The translations under genes were made by a program, and so were the position numbers. Shown piece by piece: positions 52,884 to 64,000 of a stretch of DNA of 64,000 nt. The stretch is from Trichoplax adhaerens (taxonomy: Eukaryota > Animalia > Placozoa): assembly GCF_000150275.1 (NCBI RefSeq), contig NW_002060946.1:4235454-4299453 (forward strand), read 5' to 3'. Below the pieces are notes generated by a model. The model had not been told where the DNA came from and did no database searches. It worked only from the letters and a program-made list of their open reading frames with translations. Each line of letters starts with the position of its first letter. Positions within the stretch are counted from its first letter, which is position 1.

Positions 52884-55354
52884 ATGGCGGTCATTGCTGC
52901 AGCTACCAGACGTGCTCTTCTCAATGTAGTCAGTTCTAGTTTTCGTCCAAAGTCATCTTCTGCCATACGAGTACAGGTGGCACTTCTTTCTACGGCTCAT
53001 AAAAGCGATGAAGGATCTGGTCAAGATATCCGCTTATCGGATACAACGTAAGTTGTGCAATTTACAATCTGCTGATGCTGGTGCTGTGCTATTTCCTACC
53101 AAGGGTGCAACAATATCAGCCAATACGTTAGCGAACAATAAAATTAATGAGTGTCGATTACTCAATTCTGACTTGATACTTAATGTTTCAAACACCTACT
53201 GTATAGTGAAAAAGATGATTTTGTAGGCATAGCAGCGTCTCCATTCCCTAAAGAATCAGCAGACATTTTAATGGCACCAGTCAAAGCGGAGGATGTCGAA
53301 GTTAAACCTGATGGTAAGTCATCATGATTGCACAGTACATACTGTAAAACAAGGACTTTTTTGGTGCAGCCGGATCAATTCGATGACGCAGATGTTAAGA
53401 TTATAAAATTTCACACCTCCTTCCAACGGTGCAACAACCAGCTGAGGTTCTTTCCTACTCAACTACCAGCTTAATAGACTGGTTCTCCAATGAGCAACAA
53501 ACATCATTGCTAATCGCTAATCGCTAAAAATGATCTAATAGACTTTAAGCTTACTCCCATTCTTAGCAGTTACATCGTAAATTAATTTAGTACTGTAAGA
53601 GAATTCTTACGTAACCTAGAATCACCACCAAAGAGGAATAAATGTTATAAAATCTGGACATTACATGTCGGTATACCGCATGATGCATAAGTGTATTTCT
53701 TGATACTTAAGCAAGCTTAGTTTTGAGCCACAAGTGGCTATTAAGGTGTAAAAGAAATGATCTACAGTACAGTACAACAGCACTGCTTCCAAGATTGGGA
53801 TTACTTCAGTCTGTTGTATCCCCTAACCCTTGTGATAGATCAATCACACCTATGAATCACATCCGCGCGGATATGGCGTGATGAACATTACTACTTGCCA
53901 TTGATGCAATATATAACGTGATAAAATTACGATTCCGATATTCAGGAATGTTATATTTAGCAATGGAATATAACACCTAGAATCGTACATACATACAGTT
54001 CCAGCAGTTGAGTATTAGACTATTAAAGCGTAAATTTACTTTTGTATCTAGAAGCTAGGATATTCTTATAACCTGTACAAGTATGCAGTACTGTACTTGG
54101 ATTGTAAGGTTATTAAAATACGCAAATGTAAATATTTCCGCATCGACCATATAGTGCATATGTTGATAAAAATATTTAATCTAATTTAATTCATGAAGGC
54201 TATTATTAAACGGTAACTTATCACGATTAAATACTGTACGTATTTTAAACAATGTAGGGTTGCTATATCTACCTGAAATCAGATATAGACGAATTCTAAA
54301 TCAAGCATTCGGACCAGGTGGATGGGCTTTAATGCCACGTGGCCAACCAACAATGATCAATGTATGTAGGCAAAATCGTATCAAATACTCAAAGCTAAGA
54401 TGCTATCCATATTGTCGCAATCATAATTACAATCTTGGACTACTAAATGTTCCCTGTGGAATATTTAGTAGCCTATGCTACAATTCTTGAAAATATCGGT
54501 GAAGATACGAGTCTTCATGATACTTAGTAGTTGAAAATTTAATTTTCTATTAATCTCGCACGATAGAAAATATCCTCCTTGTTTGTTAGCACGGTAAAAT
54601 GAACTATTGCATAATATACTGCCATAATAGTTATGTAATTTTAGGATATTGAATTCGAAATATTACAATAGAAATGTTCAGTTTTGCATAATGTATGACG
54701 ATACAGTGATGTTTCCCTTCCGACTGATTCAATTTGAACCGTTTTTGATTGTAATCATCATTTACGTATTAGACAACGACAATTAATACTTTACTAGTTT
54801 ATATTAAGTAAAAAATGGAATGTTTTTATAGTTGAAATTTTACAACTCTGAATCTAATTATGAATGCATATTAACTCTAGAATGAAGGCGAACTTAGTCA
54901 ACTCGTTATACGTGAATTTGCTCTATACGTTGGTGGACGATTCGTAGCTCAAAGTGTAGGCGAACATTTGCACTATTCTAAAAATGAATTAAGTACTGGT
55001 AAAGCTCTTGAATCTGCTAAGTCGAATGCGTTGATGAGGTGTTGCAAAGATCTTGGTGTTGCGTCGGAACTTTGGGATCCAACGGTACTACAAATAATTA
55101 TATATAATTAAATCGTACTATTGCATTTATTACACGTCTAGCGATTCTTAATCGTCAACTATTGTAATTATTGTTTATTTATTATGTGTACGAATATTAT
55201 ACAGTTTGTCTATAACTTCAAAAAGAATCACTGTGTTGAAGTTTGGTGTGAAAATGCGAGAAACTCCAAAGAAAAGAGAAAGCTTTGGCGCCTAAAGCGT
55301 CAAGGCAATGATGTTCTGCCGTATCCCTGGAAACCAACGCAGTCCCAAAATTGA
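52884..55354 (+). CDS. MGM101: Mitochondrial genome maintenance protein Mgm101 (Rad52-type single-strand annealing protein), ~242 aa. Exons: 52884-53047, 53207-53313, 54258-54361, 54881-55084, 55205-55354
   Basis: The spliced product contains [64 protein letters not shown] and KRKLWR...YPW, matching the Mgm101 core. The N-terminus [26 protein letters not shown] is a typical mitochondrial presequence. Intron phases 2,1,0,0 are consistent. Confidence 0.95.
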
Positions 55355-56055
55355 ATTAACATACAAGGTTGACTATCAGTAGATCTGCAATCTGTACAAC
55401 TAAAAAAAATGAGTCTTGCAGTATGCTTCGGGTTTTAAGATTTGCACTAACATTATAAATACTCTCTGATACAGTTTAGTTCATGTATCGCTACTCAATA
55501 TTGGTAGATATTTTTTTCTTATCTACCTTTTGCGGTATAACGGCGATTGAAGATACGGTATGAAATGTATCATGCTGTAATAAATTAAATTCTAGTATTT
55601 TCCTTTCATTTAGTAGACCTTAAAAGCAGATGCTAGAAGCATTATCATAATACAAATTAAAATACTACCGTAAGATACTATCTAACTTTCTAAAAAGTAT
55701 ACAACGTTATTGTATCCGAAAATTAATAACCACTGCAGTTGAGCTCCATTTTTGTAATAGCACAATAGAATATAATATGCATTAAGCACTTTTATTTCAG
55801 ATTCTGAGTTATGTTCATAATCTTTACAGATAATCTATGAAGTCATCATTAATAAAAATTACAAATGTATTTACTTACAACACTGCTTTTCTAATAGTAG
55901 CTCAATAAATAACTATCAGGTTAAAAGTGTAAAACAATTTCTATACTGGCTTGGATAGAACGATGATTGCTAAAGAAGGGAAGGCAATTTTAGCCACCAT
56001 AAATTCGCGTACTAATAAGTGATTACTTTTCTTGACAGTACAGTAGCATGCAATA

Positions 56056-58883
56056 TTACTCCTTTGCTTGGCTGCCTTCGTCTGAGCTTTGCTTATCGTT
56101 GATAATTTCTTCGGTTTCCGCTAGATTATGTTGAGGGTTGTCTAGATCGCTATTAGTTTCTTCTGCATTATCACATAAACTCCTTTCATTCACCTACATT
56201 GGCAGAATACACAATTTTGTAAATGCTGTATACCCTCAGCCATAATATATTTAAATATAATTTCATGCATCATTAATGAAAATGAATATTCTAATTGCCA
56301 GTTGGAACGCAATCCTAAAGCTTGATTTATACCTCATTGTCATCAATCTTGTCTTCTAGTCCTAAAAATTCATCAAGTAACATTTGGGTGTTTTCATCAC
56401 TGTCGACAACTATATCTTCAAGTTTTGATGAGCTAGTTGACGATGTTTGACTTAAAGGTCCTGTCAGTCATACCATGGATAATTTTTAAGTGTTTTTACA
56501 ATGTAATAAGTTCAGAAAACAAGATAGTTACAACTTACTTTCAAGATGTCCTTTGGTCTTAAATAAGTTAAGTTCCCTTTTAAATTCTTCCTCAAATGTT
56601 TTTTGTCTATCTAAAAGTTTTTTACGTTCTTGCCCTTCCTGTAATTCCTCTTTATGCGCTCTTTGGTGTTCTAATGATTCTGTAATTCATATAAGGTAGA
56701 TAATCTTACACATAGGATGTACTGATAGTATGAGAACGAGACTCCACTCACTTTGCAATCTGATATATTCAAGTCTTGTCGAGTTGCATCGTGATGTTAA
56801 TGTTACAGAATATGAAAACGTTAGCAATGACTGTAAATCAATTGAAAATTGCACTTTATTACTTTATAACGGCATCGTAACAAGTAGTGCTTACTCTTTA
56901 GATTCCTTGTATTTTTCAAATTGATTACGATGCCTTTGTTTGAGATTTTCAAAATCAATTCTCTTGTTGACAAATTCTAATTCTTCTAACATTTGTTCGA
57001 TTTCGATGACTTTATCAGCCATCTCCTCTACGTAAATCATGAATACTTACATTTTACATCCATACGCCATCAATTCTAGTTGATACTCTTAATTACATCT
57101 GCCAGTATTAAAATTTATCAGAGACTGGTATGGTGTCTATTTACCTGTACTTTTACGTGAGGCTTCCACTGACGCTATAGTTGACGATAACCCAGCCAAT
57201 TCCATATGTAAGACTTTATAGGAATTATAGAAATCATCAATTTGCCCCTTTAATTTCATAATTTCACTGTCTGCAGCCTGTATAGTAGTTAAATGACAAG
57301 TAAGCTTAATAAAACTACGGTACTATTGTATTTAATAGTTACGTTTGCAAGTAAATTAAAAATTGAAAGAAATGGAGTTTAACCGTTGCATTTTCACTGC
57401 AAGCATTGGTAGCTTTATGAATATCGGCCCAATTTCGTTGATATCTGCATTAAAAATATTACCACAATTGATATCAATTTGCCAACGTGGACGTAATAAA
57501 AGATTAACTTACCTATCTAAGGTTTCAGCACCAGCATGCAAACCTAGTTCAGTAGATTCGGAACTGAAATATAATATTGAAATGATTTTCCTTTTACCAA
57601 TGCCGTAATTAGAATATATTTAAAAGGTTTATAGCGTTACTATTCGCCAATTATACGTAGTTTTCAAATTAATTTACCTGTCTACATTGTCGGAACCGAG
57701 AAAGGATCTGTAAATGTGCGATATAACATAAAACTGTTACGGACAAACTCGAAGCTGTACAATGCCCTAAAATAGTTTCGAAATGTTACGAAATGACTGT
57801 AAAGAGTTCAATTTATTAATGTCACTTACTTAGTCGTCGAGCTTGAAATAAGCTTGCCAACGGATTTAAGTCTTTAAGTTTAAAAGATACACATTACATC
57901 ATATCAATGAATAAATGAGTTAAAGTAACCATTACAAAGTTCAATCATCAGGTCGTTTAATAAGATGTTATTACAATTCATAGCAAAATAATCTTTATAG
58001 TAAATATTAATAGCAACATGGATCTATTCGAACGTATACCAGCATTATGACTATAGTACATTGCATGTACATAATCTGAACCGAAATCTAAGTAGCAGCA
58101 ACAGCCTAAGCATAAAAATTGACAACAATATAAGTCTTATAACCTGTGAAGAGAATTGATCAAATTTTTATTGATGGTGTACGACTATAGCATACGAGTG
58201 GCCAAGTAAGACTCACTGTCTCGTACACTGTAAAATCTTCTATTTCAGTTATCATCAGCAAAAACAGAAGAGATTGAGATGTACAGTACTAAGGCAAGCT
58301 CATTGAACTACGAAAAACGTTCTAGATCGTTGAATCTAGGCTAAGTTTCACAGATTTTAGAATCGATATTCTATCGCTACTGCCAAAAGTAAAAGAATTT
58401 TTTTGGGGAAAGTGCAATTGCTGTAGTCCAATCGTTACCCAGTGCTCCGATGATAACTGAAGACAAATTACCTCCAGAGCGAATCAGCGGAGTTGAATGT
58501 TGATTCTCATCATTGATCATCAATCATATTCATTAAGAGATTGTTATTGGCTTTCATTTATTTAATTATTGGACATCATAATTGGGCAAAATTTCACAAA
58601 ATAGTATAGCCGTAAGCTAAATTGATTTATTTACGACATCGCCAACTAATTTGTAATGATGAGCCCATCTAGGATACAGTATTATCAAACTTGTATACGT
58701 TATACTGCAGTTTCTTTGCGTGTTTACAGCGAAAATGGATGATCAATCCAAGTTGATTAGCATGAAACAAGTCGAAGAAATCTTTATAGACTATCTTAGT
58801 ATAACAGCAATTACATACCCGTCACTTAGGCCATGTTGTACATTAGAAAATAAGCGATCTTTAATGGAAGTCAGCGACGCCAT
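56056..58883 (-). CDS. DTNBP1: Dysbindin (BLOC-1 subunit 8), ~314 aa. Exons: 58819-58883, 57830-57871, 57678-57707, 57513-57563, 57384-57444, 57145-57277, 56895-57027, 56752-56774, 56539-56679, 56333-56460, 56056-56193
   Basis: The spliced frame is continuous through 11 exons with GT-AG introns: MASLTSIKDRLFSNVQHGLSDGLKS..., AGAETLDRYQRNWADIHK..AADSEI, FEKYKESKELE, KLLDRQKTFEEEFKRELNLFKTKGHL, LLDEFL, then an acidic tail. These align with the dysbindin motifs LRERLLSVQ, AGLELLSRYEDTWAALH, LKERQKFFEEAF and ALDVFL. Confidence 0.9.
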
Positions 58884-59131
58884 GTTGGTCTTGCCGTTTG
58901 TCTTTGGCTCAACGAGTTTCCTATGGTTTACTACTTTACTATGATATTTATTGCTCAAGCTCAGCCATCCCACTATGACCCCGTAGTCACTGTACGAGTA
59001 GAGTGCAGTCAGTACAGTGTACAGTATAGTGGTCAGAAGAAGTTCAAGTTTACTGTATCGTGCGGCACTGTCTTCGTATACTGTAGTTTACATTATGGTA
59101 GCTTGTACAGAATTCACGCAATGGCCTACTA

Positions 59132-59816
59132 CATCGTAGAGACTTGCATTTAAGGAGGACCTTTGAAATCTCTGTTACCATGAACTTGCTCAAGATTGAG
59201 TAGTCCTGCTGTAACATTTTATGAGAGAAGGAGCTTTCTAACTTCTTTAAACTAAGGGTATTCATCGTAGAGACTTGCATTTAAGGAGGACCTTTGAAAT
59301 CTCTGTTACCACGGACTTGTTTAAGATTGAGTAGTCCTGCTGTAATATTTTATGAGAGAAGGAGCTTTCTAACCTCTTTAGGGTATTCATCGTAGAGACT
59401 TGCATTACACAGTACACGGTATAAAGTTACTGAACCTCTGACAGGTCTACGACAAATGGTAATACTATCTGTTAAATGAGCACATTATCGTAAACCGTCA
59501 GCAAAGCGACGGGAGTTTGCACTAGTATTTTATGAGAGAAGGAGCTTTCTAACCTCTTTAGGGCATTCATCGTAGAGACTTGCATTTAAGGAGGACCTTT
59601 GCAATCTCTGTTACCATGGACTTGTTTAAGATTGAGTAGTCCTGCTGTAACATTTTATGAGAGAAGGAGCTTTCTAACCTCTTTAAACTAAGGGTATTCA
59701 TCGTAGAGACTTGCATTTAAGGAGGACCTTTGCAATCTCTGTTACCATGGACTTACTCAAGATTGAGTAGTCCTGCTGTAACATTTTATGCGAGAAGGAG
59801 CTTTCTAACCTCTTTA
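59132..59816. repeat. Young tandem array of a 125-131-bp unit (4 near-full copies plus partial), upstream of DTNBP1
   Basis: The unit starts 'catcgtagagacttgcatttaaggaggacc' at 59132, 59263, 59388 (truncated), 59568 and 59699. Copies differ by only a few substitutions and a 6-bp indel. Confidence 0.95.
59407..59525 (+). mobile_element. Helitron 3' terminal fragment inserted in the tandem array
   Basis: It ends CCGTCAGCAAAGCGACGGgagtttgcaCTAG|t, the same family as 10706-10802. The junction corresponds to the A|T of 'gctgtaa|tattttatgag' in the repeat unit. Confidence 0.8.
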
Positions 59817-62663
59817 GAGTATTGCTGATATAAGCTCACTAAAATGGAGTTCTTGTTCGATACTCTATGCGTACCTCAACACTGTACTGTATTGCATAAT
59901 TAAGTAGAGCACAAATGATATTACAGTAATAGCTAGTAGATGCCTGAAGGCGAGAATGGCTTACCGGCAATGGAGTGGAGTGCAGCAGGCCATGGTACAA
60001 GTACGTATAGTGGGTTAGAAATCCACTGATCTCTTAACATTGGATAAGCACACCGCCTCTATAATTATACTAGTAGATTAGTGAAGAGCATGGAACTCAA
60101 ATCCAAACTGCTATATCGCTATCTACGCGTAAATATATTCGATCCTTCAATATATGCAATCATGCACTATCTGTAACTATTCTGAGGGCACAAAGGTGAT
60201 ACTATGGTAGTAGAAAAGCAAGGTAAAAGGATAATTTTATTTGCTTTGAAGCGAAGTCAGAAATTTTGAGTACATAACATCGGTAGTATAACATGAAATT
60301 TCAATTTCTTGATCAATATTAAATGATAACGCAGCTCACTAACACATAAAAATCTACAACAAACAAAACCATCACAATAATTATTACATCTATACGCGTA
60401 TATGGAACATCATGTAAAAGGATATAAGGCATATTCATCCCTACAATACATGCCATAGCCGAAAACTTTTCATCGCTTTGCAAATTTCGGTTATTAACGT
60501 ACGTACATAAGCATATTACATCGAATGAAACAATTATCAAATCAACGTTAAAGTATAAAATCACCCATCAGAAAAAGAAAATAATTATAATGATGTTTCG
60601 TAAAAATGGACAATATTTAAATGTAGCATGTTAGTGTACAATTGTGGAGTAATGTACAAATACATGTGGCAGCTAAAATAGAATAGCCACTAATCACTGT
60701 ACAAAGAATAAGATTGACATATATCAAGTTTGGCACAATTATCAATTTAATAGCATCATTCATAGCACTTTAAATGAAGATATCATATGCATTCTGGAAT
60801 GGAATAAATTTAGAAAATAAAAAAAGTGCATAACAGTTTTATTATTTAGTTTAAAGTGCATTATTAGCCTTTCTAATGGCAATGTTAACAAAATAAAGGC
60901 ATATAATATGCTACAGTAAATAGGTATACATATATAGAAACAAAATAAGAAAGAAATGTTAGAAATTACATCAAGTGGCAAAATGTACGCATTCACTTTC
61001 ACCGTTGCTATATAGGAACATTAATAATAATGCAACCATAATGCACTATAAAAATTAGTAAACGCACTGCAGGATATCATACATATGTATTTATATTGAA
61101 TACAACTGATGCACAACCAAAATGAAATTAAATTTAATCAAATCAGATAGTACCGCTGAAATGAACGATTTTAACTCCATGGGATGTATACACGTAATCA
61201 ACGTTTTACAGGAATATTTGTTAAATAAATGATAGAGAGATCAAGGAAGGTTAACTTTACCTACCTTATTTTTTTAAATCTATATCAATTATATGGCTAC
61301 AGACAGCTTATAACAACTAAAATAGGAAGCAAAATCTACTTGGATGGCATAGTAAATAAAAGAATCATTAGTAATGCATACTCTCCTGTTAAAATAAACA
61401 TACATCACATTGAGTATTACAGTAATTCAAATATTAGACTTATAAAGAACGTCAGTAAAATAGATAATAATCATACTATAATTACCGTATTTAATTTAAA
61501 ATTCTGGTAATTACAGGTAATATGAGCGTGAAATCTAGTGCAATGATTTTAGATGCCTAAACAGCAGACAATTATATTGAAATAAAAATTATTTTATCGC
61601 ATTCTATCGCAGAAGAAAATAGATAGATGTATTAATTATTAATTAAACATTCGGAAAGTAAAGAAAATCAGAATATTATGTCCATAAAATTAGTTACACC
61701 TCCCACTGAGATAAATCGACACATTACAGATCATCCAGAACAGAAACAACGTTAATAATTTATCATTCGTAATTTAACACGAGATTAATGTAGATGAAAT
61801 ATTCACACAAGATCGACTTTTAACTGATTGATATAGCTAGCAATGAAAAATGTTATATGTTTGAATTCAAGTAGTTTCTATTATTTCGTAATAACGACGT
61901 ATCGAGAGCTATAGAAGTGTGACATTGTATTGGCTATGCAAGGAATATATTAAACCGTTAACAATCAGTATCATAATCTACTAACATTTGAAACATAATA
62001 CGATATTCTACAATAGAGCAAGTATTGTACAATTTAAAAAAGAAAAAATCAAATTTTTAAGCTATTGCAGACTTAGATATATGCATGTTAATTACAATAG
62101 TTAATCAATATTTTTGTTCAGAAGGTGTATTCAGCTGAGCCAAGAATCATAGCAAGAAATAATTTAATCTACAGTATATTGTATATGAAATTACTTAGAG
62201 TATTTCGTATTGGAATCCACTGTAAGATTTTTAAAAGCAATAATCCATGAGTTACAAGGAAGTCAAAGAGTAGCATCACTTCGTTAAAATTTTGACATGT
62301 AAATCGTACAATCATGGCTTGAAATATAATGAACTCCATCAATCTTAACGTACTATATAGGTCTGGTAACTTAAAACAGACGTATTCATATATCACTCCT
62401 AAACTTACATGATAACAAAATGTATTAGGCAGATCTACTGTTTCTTAATTTACTGTACTGAATCACGAGTATATCACACAATAGACGCCAGCAGAAAGTT
62501 ATTATAACAGAATCGATTTTCTTTACATGTATAATACATACCAAAAATGACAACTATAGTATATTAAAATGGTATCTTAGCGCAAATTTATCTTTCACCA
62601 CGACTAATTAGTTTTCAGTAGATAAACATTTTTTAAGTTTTTAATAAGAGGGCCAAAATATAG

Positions 62664-64000
62664 CTATGCCTTCTTAATAAATGATGGATTAGAATGTTTG
62701 ACAGAATTTTCGATGTCTATCATCGTTGGACCCATACATTGTATTCCAAAATGGCCAATTTGACCACAATTGTAACAAGAAATACGAGTTTCACTAGGCA
62801 CTGGAGGTCTAGGAGTGGGAGGAAAATAAGGCCCATTATAGTAACCATTGGAAGTACCATTATGCAAAAAGAAGCTAGGCCCAAAATTTGTGTATGGTGG
62901 AGGGTAAGCTTGACGGAGATCGTACCAATGTTTCATTGGGATAAATTCTGATTGGTAAGCATTGCCACGATAGTCTCGACCTCGGTGATTATATCCCGGA
63001 TAAGAAGCGTTCAGAGGAAAAGCGCATTTGTTATCAAAGTGACCAATAGGCGGTGGAATCATTGTATTAACTGGAGACGTCGGTATTCTGCCGTTTATAG
63101 CATACATAGAAGGTACAGCAGTATAGAAATACTGTTCATCCCCACTTGGAGGCCTATCATCAATTTCACTATCGCCGTTTCCAGATCCTACACTTTCCAT
63201 ACTTTGATTCTTCTTCACGGGCTTACTGTGATTGAATTAAAATACATCTTAAAGATTATGTTGTGATAACATCATTTTACTACCGATAATTGTATAACAC
63301 AAATACTTCGTAACAATAAATTTAGAAAATTGTATGTGACTTTGCTAGTTAATCTCATACTAGTATCAGAGCACAGCATGAGGTCATAGTCGTAGTACAT
63401 ACTTTTGATAATCTTTCTTGTTTTGAACTTTATTGGAATCACCACTTGTTAACTAGGTTAATTCAGGTAGATTGTATGGAAACAATAATGAAAATCGTAA
63501 TAAATTATTAGTAATAATTATTAGCGATGAGTAAAAGATTACCAATATTCTAAGTAGTCTTCCAAAATGTGTAAAATACTCGTATAAAAATCAAAGTATA
63601 TTGCATCAGTATACATATATACCCCTTTATGTATTACGGTGTCATTTTCCGACTCGCCATTAATATGTAACCCATCCAACCATTCCGTAACGTCTCTTCG
63701 GCGAATGCCATTACTAGATGATGAGTATGAGTCAATTGCTTTTTGCATCAGATCATTAATTTCAGCAGGTATAGTACCATCGTATGGTGCGTTTGTTCCA
63801 TCTGTACGATAACGAACGGACATAAAGCTATTTAAATTGATGCTTTTTGTAACATTTATATCGAAATGGCTTAAATTATATATATTATCTATACTATATA
63901 TTAATATACAGTATACTAATTATTAAGACACATTTAAAAGTTAATTTTACCAGTAGAGCTGTTAAAAAAGTTGCACACTAAATCGGAGGTAAGGATTTGG
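62664..64000 (-). CDS. 3' part of a ZCCHC2/ZCCHC14-like protein with a C-terminal CCHC zinc knuckle. Exons: 63951->64000, 63623-63801, 63403-63452, 62664-63225. The gene continues beyond the window
   Basis: The terminal exon encodes a Pro/Tyr/Gly-rich low-complexity region followed by SCYNCGQIGHFGIQCMGPTM (CX2CX4HX4C), resembling the SCYNCG..GH.AQDC.Q.SM tail of ZCCHC2/14. Upstream exons join in frame via GT-AG. Confidence 0.72.

Noticed and set aside
53855-53945. Palindrome ATCCGCGCGGAT followed by a box C-like GTGATGA in MGM101 intron 2 (snoRNA?)
   Set aside because: No properly placed box D (CTGA) or terminal stem.
6567-55354. Functional linkage of the two mitochondrial genes hoxX and MGM101
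   Set aside because: They are 44 kb apart, separated by unrelated genes, and there is no operon logic in an animal genome. Co-occurrence is probably chance.
57990-58530. Exon-like segments in DTNBP1 intron 1 (e.g. MINDENQHSTPLIRSG before a GT donor at about 58471); initial guess of TMEM192
   Set aside because: They are not needed for the frame and show no dysbindin similarity. The remaining exons clearly match dysbindin. An alternative first exon cannot be excluded without RNA data.
59050-59280. 76-aa ORF, and a CRISPR-like look of the 59.1-59.8 kb repeats
   Set aside because: The ORF derives from the tandem repeat. Units are contiguous with no unique spacers, there are no cas genes, and the context is eukaryotic.
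60230-62660. Several 75-93-aa ORFs downstream of the ZCCHC-like gene
   Set aside because: Low-complexity AT-rich translations. The region more likely represents a long 3'UTR or intergenic DNA.

Overview
AT-rich eukaryotic (animal) genomic DNA with short GT-AG introns. The gene content (dysbindin, MARVEL proteins, a ZCCHC2/14-like gene, an intron-containing MGM101) and the composition suggest an early-branching animal, most likely a placozoan such as Trichoplax; this assignment is inference. From left to right the window holds: (1) two 4-exon MARVEL-domain paralogues on the minus strand; (2) between them, an intronless 626-aa homologue of the bacterial CO-generating hydrogenase maturase HoxX/HypX, carrying a mitochondrial-type presequence; (3) a ~13 kb gene-poor gap of decayed tandem arrays containing a 97-bp complete mini-Helitron; (4) a ~24 kb tandem cluster of a family of intronless secreted proteins that I do not recognise, with 3 intact genes and 2 pseudogenes and a helix pattern resembling long-chain four-helix (IL-6-type) cytokines; (5) MGM101 (+) convergent with DTNBP1/dysbindin (-); (6) a young ~131-bp tandem array interrupted by a Helitron 3' end; (7) the 3' part of a ZCCHC2/14-like gene. 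The two best leads are the mitochondrial HypX-like enzyme and the cytokine-like cluster. Exon models were built by hand from splice signals and frame continuity. No database searches were run.
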